Positions 46,613-55,531 of a stretch of DNA of 64,000 nt are shown here, in pieces. The notes beneath the pieces were generated by a model that ran no database searches, was not told where the DNA came from, and worked only from the letters and a program-made list of their open reading frames with translations. The DNA lies in the NCBI GenBank assembly GCA_965279375.1, contig OZ257156.1:4512001-4576000 (forward strand), in the 5' to 3' direction. The stretch is from Gemmatimonas sp. (GTDB lineage: Bacteria > Gemmatimonadota > Gemmatimonadetes > Gemmatimonadales > Gemmatimonadaceae). Each line of letters begins with the position of its first letter. Positions within the stretch are counted from its first letter, which is position 1. The translations under genes were made by a program, and so were the position numbers.

Positions 46613-48391
46613 TCACGGCGGCGTCCTCGCGCTGTCGCGACGGGCCGGCGCGCTTCCACCCGCTTCCGCCGCCCGACCGCGCGTTTGCTCGGCAAACGCC
46701 GCGGCGACGGCCGCCGCCGGCTCGATGCGCCAATTGCGCGAAGCGTATCGCGCTGGCTCCACCGAACCCGTGCGCTCACTCTCGCGTCGCACTTCGTCGA
46801 TCACCAACTGGCGGATATCGATTTCCTGCTGAAAGACGACAGGCGCGCCGGATAGCATCGCATAACCACCGCCGCCGCTCTGGCGATAGTTGTTGAGCGC
46901 CATGGTGAAGCTGTCCGTCGCTGCAATCGCGCGTCCGTTGCGTGTGAGCGAGGTAATTCGCGCGCCCACCGGCTGCCGCAAATCGATCACGTACTCCACG
47001 CCCGAGACGACGTCGAAATTGAAGCCCGGCACGGAGGGGTCGATGATGCCGCCCGGTGGCACCGTTCCGTCGGGCTGTAACGTGCGGTAGTGGCGCGAGG
47101 AGTGCTCGAGGAAGGCACGCAGCTGTGCGCCAGAGACGCGGACCGCGCGCAGCGTGTTCTCGTACGGATACAGCCGCGACAGCGAGGCCTGCGTAATCGG
47201 CCCCGCGTCCAGTCCGGCGTCGAGCGAGAATGCGGCGGTCGCCGACAGCTCCGCGCCGGCGGCCTTTCTCATCACCGCGTTCACCAGGTCGGTGATCGGC
47301 GCATCCACCACTCGCGCACTGTCCGCCCGCCACGGCACGCTGGTGCGACCGATCGGTGTGTTTACCCACGCCACAGTCGCGCGGTGCGTGCCCGCTGACG
47401 CCGAGAGCACTGCGGGCGACTCACGATGCCCTGCCACGCGCACTGACTGCCCACGGTGCGCCACCACCTGCCATTTCCGCTTCACACGCTCCAGCGTCAA
47501 CGTGGCCACCGCCACTGACGCCGCCCAGTTACGCGGCTGCACCAGCAGCGCGCCGTTGATGGTCGAATCCACCAGCTCTCGGTGCGAGTGACCGAACACC
47601 ACCAGGTCGATCCCGTCGATCTCGCGCGGCACACGGGCCGCCACGTTCTCCGACGGCAGCCCGGTCGCCACCGTGTCGTAGCTCGCTGCCTCGTTGAGCC
47701 CCGAATGCAAAAGCACCACAACCACGTCCGCCTTGCGCTTGCGAACCTCGGCCACCGCTGCCTTCACCGACGTCACGATGTCCGTCACGCGGAGCGACGC
47801 AGCGCTCAGGTTCTCCTTGTCCCACAGCATCGAGCCCGGCGTCGTACCGCCGATGATGGCAATGCGCACACCCTGTCGCAGCACCATGGTGTACGGCGCG
47901 ACGAACGGCCGTCCCTTCTCGTCGACCACATTCGCCGCGAGAAACGGAAAGGCCGCGCGCCCGATGGCCGCCTGCAGCGTCGGCACGCCGTAGTTGAACT
48001 CGTGATTGCCCAGCACCGCCGCATCGTAGCGCATCACGTTCATGGCGGCGATCACCGGATGCACAGGCGGTGGCGTCACGCGGGCGGCGACGTACAGCAG
48101 CGGATTCCCCTGCAGCAGGTCGCCACCGTCCACCAGCAACACACGGTCGGGGTTGGCACTGCGCACCGAATCCACGATCGTGGCGGCCCCAGCCAGCGAA
48201 CGAGCGGGATCGGCCGCGTTCGCGAAGTAGTCCCAACCGCGGATGCGCCCGTGCACATCCGTGGTCGCGGTAACCACCAAGTCCATCCGCTGTGCCGCCA
48301 CGGCCGTGGGCCATACACCGGCCATCACGCCGAGCATGACGCGGAGTACACCCGCTCGCTGGCGCGATCTCGTCCGTCGTGTGCCTGTCAT
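46613..48391 (-). CDS. Exported metallophosphoesterase / 5'-nucleotidase (CpdB/UshA-like)
   Basis: TTDVHG, DGGDLLQG, GNHEFNYG, GHSH, YPYENT, NNYRQSGGGGY. Confidence 0.9.
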   Translation of the reverse strand: MTGTRRTRSRQRAGVLRVMLGVMAGVWPTAVAAQRMDLVVTATTDVHGRIRGWDYFANAADPARSLAGAATIVDSVRSANPDRVLLVDGGDLLQGNPLLYVAARVTPPPVHPVIAAMNVMRYDAAVLGNHEFNYGVPTLQAAIGRAAFPFLAANVVDEKGRPFVAPYTMVLRQGVRIAIIGGTTPGSMLWDKENLSAASLRVTDIVTSVKAAVAEVRKRKADVVVVLLHSGLNEAASYDTVATGLPSENVAARVPREIDGIDLVVFGHSHRELVDSTINGALLVQPRNWAASVAVATLTLERVKRKWQVVAHRGQSVRVAGHRESPAVLSASAGTHRATVAWVNTPIGRTSVPWRADSARVVDAPITDLVNAVMRKAAGAELSATAAFSLDAGLDAGPITQASLSRLYPYENTLRAVRVSGAQLRAFLEHSSRHYRTLQPDGTVPPGGIIDPSVPGFNFDVVSGVEYVIDLRQPVGARITSLTRNGRAIAATDSFTMALNNYRQSGGGGYAMLSGAPVVFQQEIDIRQLVIDEVRRESERTGSVEPARYASRNWRIEPAAAVAAAFAEQTRGRAAEAGGSAPARRDSARTPP

Positions 48392-48603
48392 CTGCGAATC
48401 CTAGCCGTGCGCGGGGTCGCATGGGACTGCCGAGCGGGTGGTCTCCGTTGCCCCTGCCCTCAACGGCCGCCAACTTCACAGCACGCGTGCACCCTATGTC
48501 GGCTCCGGCCGCCGATACGCACCCGTTACACCGTCGTGGCATGCCGGACACGACCCCCTACCACCCTACTCACCGTGTCGTGTTTGAACCGGGACGTGAC
48601 GTC

Positions 48604-49278
48604 ATGAAGCCGCTCATCATTGGGATCGCCGGCGGAACGGGCTCGGGGAAGTCCACAGTCGCACGCAGAGTCGCGGAAGCCTTGCCGGATTCATCGGTCG
48701 CGTTTCTCGAGATGGATGCGTACTACCGGGACTTTCGACACCTCACGCTGGCGCAGCTGCATCGCGTCAACTGGGATCATCCGGATGCGTTCGACGTGGA
48801 GCTCCTCACGGAGCACCTGACGGCATTGGGGAAGGGCGAGGCGGTGGACATGCCGGTCTACGAGTTTGCGACGCATTCCCGCAGTGCTCGTACCCGACGC
48901 ATCGAGCCGGCGGACGTAGTCGTGATCGATGGCATCCTGCTCCTCGCGGACGAACGCGTGCGCGATCTGTGCGATGTGAAGGTGTTCGTGGATGCAGATG
49001 CTGACATTCGGCTGGTGCGGCGGATTCGGCGTGATACGTCCGTTCGTGGTCGCTCGCTGGAGTCGGTGCTGGAGCAGTATCTGACGACGGTGCAGCCGAT
49101 GCACTGTCAGTTCGTTGAACCAAGCAAACGCTATGCCGATGTCATCGTTCCGCGCGGCGGCAGCAATTTGGTCGCCATCGAGATGATCGTCGCAAAAATC
49201 CAACGGCGCGTCAGTGCACGCACAGCGGCGCGCACGCCCGCGTTCGTTCCCACTGTCGCTGACATCAGCTCTGCATGA
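48604..49278 (+). CDS. udk: Uridine kinase
   Basis: IGIAGGTGSGKST, NWDHPDAFD, RRIRRD, FVEPSKRYADVIVP. Confidence 0.93.
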   Translation: MKPLIIGIAGGTGSGKSTVARRVAEALPDSSVAFLEMDAYYRDFRHLTLAQLHRVNWDHPDAFDVELLTEHLTALGKGEAVDMPVYEFATHSRSARTRRIEPADVVVIDGILLLADERVRDLCDVKVFVDADADIRLVRRIRRDTSVRGRSLESVLEQYLTTVQPMHCQFVEPSKRYADVIVPRGGSNLVAIEMIVAKIQRRVSARTAARTPAFVPTVADISSA

Positions 49279-49994
49279 ATCCCGCTCCGCCGTCCGCAGA
49301 TCGCATCCTCGTGGTTGACGATGAGCCCGAGATCGTCGCCCTCGTCACGTATCATCTCGCCAAGACGGGGTACCGGATCTCGACGGCCGCCTCTGGCCAG
49401 GACGCGCTCGACATCGCTCGTCGAGAGCGCCCCTCGCTCATCGTCCTCGACCTGATGCTGCCGGGCATGTCCGGTTTCGACGTGCTGGAACAGCTGCGCA
49501 CCGACGACGCCACCCGCGACATGGCGGTGCTCATGCTCACCGCGCGCCGCGAAGAGCCCGATCGTATCCGCGGTCTCTCACTCGGCGCCGACGACTACCT
49601 GACCAAGCCGTTCAGCCCGCAGGAGTTGGTGTTGCGGGTCGGCGCGATCCTGCGGCGCGCCGGCACGGCCCCGACGGCCAGCACCGACAGCTTCGCCATC
49701 GGACCGCTGCGTATCGACCGCGCCGCCATGACGGTGATCGTGGACGATCGCCCGGTGGAACTCACCCCCACCGAGTTCAAGCTGCTGCTCACGCTCGCTG
49801 AACGCCGCGGTCGCGTTCAGGGACGTGGACATCTGCTGGAGACGGTGTGGGAGGCGGCGCCCGACATTCAGACGCGCACCGTGGACATGCACATTCAGCG
49901 GCTCCGCACCAAGCTCGGTGCAGCCGGCGACATGATCGAAACCGTACGAGGCTTCGGCTATCGTTTGCGTGCCGCTGCATCACGCAGCGTCTGA
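49275..49994 (+). CDS. phoB: OmpR-family response regulator, PhoB-like
   Basis: ILVVDDE, LDLMLPG, GADDYLTKPF, RTVDMHIQRLR, ETVRGFGY; pst locus nearby. Confidence 0.85.
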   Translation: MNPAPPSADRILVVDDEPEIVALVTYHLAKTGYRISTAASGQDALDIARRERPSLIVLDLMLPGMSGFDVLEQLRTDDATRDMAVLMLTARREEPDRIRGLSLGADDYLTKPFSPQELVLRVGAILRRAGTAPTASTDSFAIGPLRIDRAAMTVIVDDRPVELTPTEFKLLLTLAERRGRVQGRGHLLETVWEAAPDIQTRTVDMHIQRLRTKLGAAGDMIETVRGFGYRLRAAASRSV

Positions 49995-50019
49995 GCCGGC
50001 GTTCGCGTAACCCGCGTAC

Positions 50020-51432
50020 GTGAGACTCACTCAACGGCTCGTTCTCAACACCTTCATCGTCGCGACGCTGCTCGTCGCGGTGGTGCTCGTAGTGGTCGAG
50101 CGTCGCGTCACCGAGCGCGTACGGTCGGAAGGACCCACGGCGACCGCAGTCTCGAGCGACGAATTCCTTGCGCGCACACGCCGCGACATCGTCTTTGCGG
50201 GTGTCGCCGTGCTCCTCGTCGGCATTGGCCTGGCGCGCGTGCTGGCCCGACCGGTGGCGCGCCCCATCGAAGAGTTGCGCGATGTGGCGCGTGCACTCGC
50301 GGCCGGCGATCTCACGCGCCGCCCCACGCTGCTCGCTGCGGGTGAGGTCGGTGACCTCGCCGATGCCCTGCGTCGCCTCGCGGAGCAGCTGGACAATCGC
50401 ATTCAGGCGTTGCGCGCCGAAGAAGAGCTGCTCGTGGCGCTCACCGAATCACTGAACGAAGGCGTCATCGCCGTCGATGTGCGTCAGCGCGTGGTGCGCA
50501 TGAACGAGACCGCTCGCACCTTGCTCCGCATTCGGGAACCTGTGCCGTTCCCCGCCGAATACCTCCCGCGCGACCGCACGCTGCGTGAGGCGCTCTCCTC
50601 GGTGCTCGCGGGAAGCGACGCATCACCGGGGGAAGTGCGCGTGGATGATCGCACGCTCTCGCTCACCGCGCGCCCACTGCCCGCCGGCGGCGCCATTCTC
50701 GCGCTCTACGATTTGACGCCGTTCCGTCGTCTCGAGGCGGTGCGGCGCGATTTCGTCGCCAACGTGTCGCACGAGCTCCGTACGCCGCTCACGGTGATCA
50801 GCGGCTTTGTGGAAACGATGGAAGACGACGACCTGCCCGTCGAACTGCGTCGGCAGTTTCTCGGCATGGTGTCGGCGAACGTGCGTCGGATGCAGCGTAT
50901 CGTGGACGACCTGCTCGACCTCTCGCGCATCGAGTCTGGCGGTTGGCTCCCCAACCCCACCGAGCTCGATGTGGCATCGCTGGCGGCGGAAGTCGTCTCG
51001 CCGATGCTCGATGCTGCCGCGGCAAAGGGCGTGGTGCTGCGCGCGGACGTGGCCCCCGACGCCACAACGATCTACTGCGACTCCACCGCCGCGCGGCAGA
51101 TTATGAGCAATCTGACCGAGAACGCACTTCGCCACACGATGACAGGCGAAGTTGTGCTGTTCACGTGTACTGAGGACGGCGGCACGTGGATGGGCGTGCG
51201 TGACACGGGGATCGGCATCAGCTCAGAGCATCTGCCACGCATCTTCGAGCGTTTCTACCGGGCCGATCCGGGCCGCTCACGCGAAGCCGGGGGCACGGGG
51301 CTCGGTCTCGCGATCGTGCGCCATCTGGCGGAAGCGCACGGCGGTCGGGTTCGGGCCGAGAGCGAGCCGGGAATCGGCACCACGATCGCCGCGTGGTTTC
51401 CCGTCGCCACCGCGGATTCCTCCGCGAGTTGA
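50020..51432 (+). CDS. phoR: Sensor histidine kinase, PhoR-like (HAMP-PAS-HisKA-HATPase)
   Basis: RRDFVANVSHELRTPLT, DTGIGI, RIFERFYR, GGTGLGLAIV. Confidence 0.85.
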   Translation: MRLTQRLVLNTFIVATLLVAVVLVVVERRVTERVRSEGPTATAVSSDEFLARTRRDIVFAGVAVLLVGIGLARVLARPVARPIEELRDVARALAAGDLTRRPTLLAAGEVGDLADALRRLAEQLDNRIQALRAEEELLVALTESLNEGVIAVDVRQRVVRMNETARTLLRIREPVPFPAEYLPRDRTLREALSSVLAGSDASPGEVRVDDRTLSLTARPLPAGGAILALYDLTPFRRLEAVRRDFVANVSHELRTPLTVISGFVETMEDDDLPVELRRQFLGMVSANVRRMQRIVDDLLDLSRIESGGWLPNPTELDVASLAAEVVSPMLDAAAAKGVVLRADVAPDATTIYCDSTAARQIMSNLTENALRHTMTGEVVLFTCTEDGGTWMGVRDTGIGISSEHLPRIFERFYRADPGRSREAGGTGLGLAIVRHLAEAHGGRVRAESEPGIGTTIAAWFPVATADSSAS

Positions 51433-51481
51433 CGCGGAACGCGGGCCGTCGACCGCGGGGCCAGCATCGGCCATCCAGCAG

Positions 51482-52330
51482 CTACTCGGCGACCGGCCCG
51501 CGCTGACGCGCACGTCGTCCGGCAAACGCCTCTTCCACAAGGCGTGGCAGCATCACCGCCGCAGGCCCTTCAATGGGAAGGATGCTCGGCCCCTTGCGTT
51601 GTCCCTGCATCGACGCGTTGACCACGATGACCGTGGCCCCGTGCGCGGCGGCCAGCCACGGCAGCGATGCGGCCGGCTCCACCACGTTGGATGTGCCCAC
51701 GGAGATGAAGACGTCGCAGGCGACGGCGGCATTACGCGCCCGCTCGAACTCGTCGACCGGCAGCGTCTCGCCAAACCACACAATGTCCGGGCGCATCAGC
51801 GCGCCGCAGCGCTGACAGCGCGGCACCGGCGAGCCCGGAGCGGCGTCGGTGACGTCGATGGTCCCTGAACACCCGGCGCTGCAACGCGCCTTCATCAAAG
51901 AGCCATGCAGCGCGATGACGTCACTGCTCCCCGCACGCTGGTGCAGGTCGTCCACGTTCTGCGTGACCAGCGCGCAGTGCGAGACGCGATTGGCCAGCAG
52001 CGTGAGCGAAGTATGCGCCGCATTGGGCTGCGCCATCCGCACCGCGGCCCGCCGGGTGGCATACCATCGCCAGACCAGTTCGGGGTCAGCCGCGAAGGCG
52101 TCGGGGGTCGCCAGGTCCTGCGGCGAGTATTGCGCCCAGAGACCGGTCATTGCATCCCGGAACGTCGGAATGCCGCTCTCGGCGGACGTCCCGGCGCCGG
52201 TGAGGATGCAGACGTACTCGGCCGCGCGAAGGGCGCGGGCGGCGATGGTCAGCGCCTCCGCCCGCGTTTGCGGGTCGGTAGCGGGCGTCGAGGCGACGCG
52301 ACGATCGAGTGTGGGTTCGGTTCGAGCCAT
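51482..52330 (-). CDS. cobB: NAD-dependent protein deacylase (sirtuin)
   Basis: LTGAGTSAESGIPTFR, TQNVDDLH, LHGS, RPDIVWFGE, VGTS. Confidence 0.92.
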   Translation of the reverse strand: MARTEPTLDRRVASTPATDPQTRAEALTIAARALRAAEYVCILTGAGTSAESGIPTFRDAMTGLWAQYSPQDLATPDAFAADPELVWRWYATRRAAVRMAQPNAAHTSLTLLANRVSHCALVTQNVDDLHQRAGSSDVIALHGSLMKARCSAGCSGTIDVTDAAPGSPVPRCQRCGALMRPDIVWFGETLPVDEFERARNAAVACDVFISVGTSNVVEPAASLPWLAAAHGATVIVVNASMQGQRKGPSILPIEGPAAVMLPRLVEEAFAGRRARQRGPVAE

Positions 52331-52419
52331 TTCGGGCGACGATATGCCACGGACGCGCCGGAGGCAACGGGGACCGGGAGGATTTTCCGCCGATCGGGGC
52401 ACAATTATTGGCTGCGGCT

Positions 52420-52463
52420 CGTGACAGTTTCGTTGCACAACCGTGTGGAGACCGCAACCTGGG
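52420..52463 (+). promoter_or_regulatory. Candidate PhoB box upstream of TonB-dependent receptor
   Basis: 11-bp-phased units cGTGACAgttt cGTTGCAcaac cGTGTGGagac cGCAACCtggg. Confidence 0.5.
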
Positions 52464-52548
52464 TCACGGAGCTTACCTCCAGACAAAAACTGCAGACGCC
52501 CCGTCCGGGGCCCGTCGCAGCGGCAGGTTTCCCAACTTTACGACATCC

Positions 52549-55362
52549 ATGCGTCCACACGCGAACGTGATTTCCCGACCGGCTACGCTCAACGCAGCTC
52601 GCACGCCGGTCGCCCGTCTCGCCCGCACGCTCCGCATCGTTGCGGCTTCTGTTGTTACGCTGTTCGGCTCCACACCGCTTCTCGCGCAGGGCGGGCCGAC
52701 CGGAAAGATCACCGGCCGCATCATCGACGCTGCGACTGGTCAGGGCATCGCCGAAGCCGGTGTTCAGATTGTCGGCACGACCATCGGCATCCAGTCCGGA
52801 CTTGAAGGTCGCTACACGATCCTGCGCGCACCGGCCGGCACGGTCACGCTGCAGGTGCGCCGACTCGGCTACGCGCCGAAGACGGTCACGGGCCTGATTC
52901 TCCCCGCAGGCGGGGCAATCGAGCAGGACATCTCGCTCGGCGCGGCCAACGTGCAGCTCACCGCCGTGACCGTCAGCGCGTCATCCGAGCGCGGCACGGT
53001 GAACGAAGCGCTCAATCAGCAGAAGAACGCCACGAACGTCGTGAACGCGATCACTGCGGAGCAGATCGCCAAGAGCCCCGACAGCGACGCGGCGCAGGCC
53101 GTGCAGCGCGTCAGCGGCGTCTCGGTGCAGGATGGCAAGTATCTGCAGGTGCGCGGCCTCGGCGAGCGCTACACCACCGCGTCGCTCAACGGTGCCCGCA
53201 TCCCGAGCCCGGAGCCCGAGCGCAAGGTCGTGCCGCTCGACCTGTTCCCGGCCGGCCTGCTGCAGGACGTCACCACCAGCAAGACCTTCACCCCGGACCA
53301 GCCGGGTGACTTTGCCGGCGCCAACGTGAACATCCGCACACGCGAGTTCCCGGTGAAGCGCCAGGTCAACTATTCCATGAGCGTCGGCGCGAACAGCAGC
53401 GTGATGGGGCAGACGCTTCCCTTCGCGCCGCGCGCTGGCGGCGAGTATTTCGGCATGGCCGGTTCGGCGCGCGCCATCCCGAGCGCACTGCAACAGGCGA
53501 ACTTCCTCGGCAACGTCTCGCAGACGCAGTTCAACCAGATCGCGCTCCAGCAGCGCAATGTCTGGAACGCGCTGCCGCGCACGGGCGGACCGAGCGGCTC
53601 GTTCGGCGCCTCGACCGGCGGCAACAACATCCTCGGCAAGCGCATCGGCTACGTGCTGAGCGGCAACTACGGCTACTCGGAAGAGGCGCGCGTGAACGAG
53701 CGCTATGCCGTCGGCCAGCAGGGCGCGAACAACAGCGTGATTCCGCTGACGAGCGTCGTCGGCGAGACCGGTCGCTCGAGCATCCAGTGGGGCGGCATCG
53801 CGAATTTTTCGACGCTGATCGGCCGCAACTCGCGCGTGTCGCTCAACACGACGGCCACGCGGAGCGCCGATAACGAAGCGCGCACCGATCGCGGCTTCGA
53901 CGAAAACCTGTCGGACAGCATTGCCCGCACGACGCTGCGCTATGTGGAGCGTGGCGTCGCCACCGTGACCGCGCAGGGCGAACACCAGATCTCCGCGTCC
54001 AACAAGACCAACTGGTCGGCCACGTACGGCAAGACGTCGCGTCGTGAGCCGGATCGCTCGGACATCGTCTACTCGCGCGCCAGCGACGGCAAGTTCCGCC
54101 TCCTCGGCTCGCTCGATGGCGCTCGCCGCCTGTTCTTCGACCTGCAGGAGAACAACTCGACGGGTCAGCTCGATCACACGATCAACCTTGGCGCGCTGTC
54201 GAATCAGAATACGCTCAAGGTCGGTGCCTACTATCGCGTGACCGACCGTAACGCGCAGGCGCCCATCTTCGCATTCCTCACGCGCGCCAATTCGAGCGTG
54301 CTCGAGCAGACGCCCGACGTCATCTTCGGCGCCTCACAGGCCTGTTCGACCTGCTCGGTCATCAACGTACAGCCCGTCGGTCAGGCGGGCTCGTATACGG
54401 CGAGCGATCGCACCACCGCTGGCTACGCCATGGTCGACTGGGGACTGTCCGAAAAGGTCCGCATCATTGCCGGTGCGCGCGCCGAAGCGGCCGACATCAC
54501 GGTCAACTCCAGCACGCAGGGCGGGTTCACCGCCTCCGCGAAGCTCAAGAACACCGACATCCTGCCCTCGCTGCTCGTGAACACCAAGCTCTCCGAGACG
54601 CAGAACCTGCGCTTCGGCGTGACGCGCACGCTGGCACGCCCCGAGTATCGTGAGCTCGCGCCGGTGACGTTCCGCGACGTGCTGGGCGGCGTCAGCGTCA
54701 CGGGCAACGACAAGCTCGTGCGCTCGCTGATCAACAACTACGATCTGCGCTACGAGATCTTCCCGAACTCGGGTGAAGTGCTGAGCATCGGCGTTTTCGC
54801 GAAGCAGTTCGACGCGCCGATCGAGCGTGTGGAGTCGGCGACGTCCGGCGCGTATCAGGCGCGCTTCCAGAACGCGCTGCGGGCGACCAACGTCGGTGTC
54901 GAGCTCGAGGCCCGCAAGGAACTCGGCTTCCTTGGCGAGTGGGCGCGCGCTTTCACTGGCTTCAGCAACGTGACGGTGATGAAGTCGTCCGTCTCGCTCG
55001 ACACGACCAAGGGGCTCACGGTCACCGAGACCAAGCGCCGCCTGGTTGGTCAGGCGCCGTATGTGGTCAACATGGGTCTCACGTATTCGTCGCGGTCTGG
55101 CAACTCGAGCGCCACGCTGCTCTACAACGTCGTTGGCGAGCGCATCTTCGCCGCGGGCGTGACGCCGCTGCCGAACATCGTCGAGAAGTCGCGCAACATC
55201 GTCGACCTCGCGCTCCGCTTCCCGATTCATGGGCAGCTCGCCGCGCGCATCGACGGCAAGAACCTGCTGGACGCGCGTTACCGCTTCATGCAGGGCAACC
55301 TCGAGCGCGAAGGCTACAACGCCGGCCGCTCGGTCTCCGTCGGTTTCTCCTGGAAGCAGTAA
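52549..55362 (+). CDS. TonB-dependent outer-membrane receptor
   Basis: Signal peptide, N-terminal CarboxypepD_reg-like domain, plug (RVSGVS...VRGLGERY...PLDLFP), barrel ending NLLD...GRSVSVGFSW. Confidence 0.93.
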   Translation: MRPHANVISRPATLNAARTPVARLARTLRIVAASVVTLFGSTPLLAQGGPTGKITGRIIDAATGQGIAEAGVQIVGTTIGIQSGLEGRYTILRAPAGTVTLQVRRLGYAPKTVTGLILPAGGAIEQDISLGAANVQLTAVTVSASSERGTVNEALNQQKNATNVVNAITAEQIAKSPDSDAAQAVQRVSGVSVQDGKYLQVRGLGERYTTASLNGARIPSPEPERKVVPLDLFPAGLLQDVTTSKTFTPDQPGDFAGANVNIRTREFPVKRQVNYSMSVGANSSVMGQTLPFAPRAGGEYFGMAGSARAIPSALQQANFLGNVSQTQFNQIALQQRNVWNALPRTGGPSGSFGASTGGNNILGKRIGYVLSGNYGYSEEARVNERYAVGQQGANNSVIPLTSVVGETGRSSIQWGGIANFSTLIGRNSRVSLNTTATRSADNEARTDRGFDENLSDSIARTTLRYVERGVATVTAQGEHQISASNKTNWSATYGKTSRREPDRSDIVYSRASDGKFRLLGSLDGARRLFFDLQENNSTGQLDHTINLGALSNQNTLKVGAYYRVTDRNAQAPIFAFLTRANSSVLEQTPDVIFGASQACSTCSVINVQPVGQAGSYTASDRTTAGYAMVDWGLSEKVRIIAGARAEAADITVNSSTQGGFTASAKLKNTDILPSLLVNTKLSETQNLRFGVTRTLARPEYRELAPVTFRDVLGGVSVTGNDKLVRSLINNYDLRYEIFPNSGEVLSIGVFAKQFDAPIERVESATSGAYQARFQNALRATNVGVELEARKELGFLGEWARAFTGFSNVTVMKSSVSLDTTKGLTVTETKRRLVGQAPYVVNMGLTYSSRSGNSSATLLYNVVGERIFAAGVTPLPNIVEKSRNIVDLALRFPIHGQLAARIDGKNLLDARYRFMQGNLEREGYNAGRSVSVGFSWKQ

Positions 55363-55413
55363 TCCGCTCCACATCGCGCGAAGTATCGACGCGAAGCGGA
55401 GTGATCCACCCGG

Positions 55414-55446
55414 AGTGACGGGACCGTGACACGATCATGATCGAAG
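55414..55446 (+). promoter_or_regulatory. Candidate PhoB box between receptor and lipoprotein genes
   Basis: 11-bp-phased aGTGACGggac cGTGACAcgat cATGATCgaag. Confidence 0.45.
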
Positions 55447-55448
55447 TG

Positions 55449-55486
55449 GCACACAGACACGCTTTTGTGAAGGCGTGTCTGTGTGC
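55449..55486. repeat. Perfect 14-bp inverted repeat (hairpin) in lipoprotein leader
   Basis: GCACACAGACACGC-ttttgtgaag-GCGTGTCTGTGTGC. Confidence 0.85.
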
Positions 55487-55531
55487 GTTCTAGCAGTCAC
55501 AATTCCAACTCCTTACCTCAAGGGACAGCAG

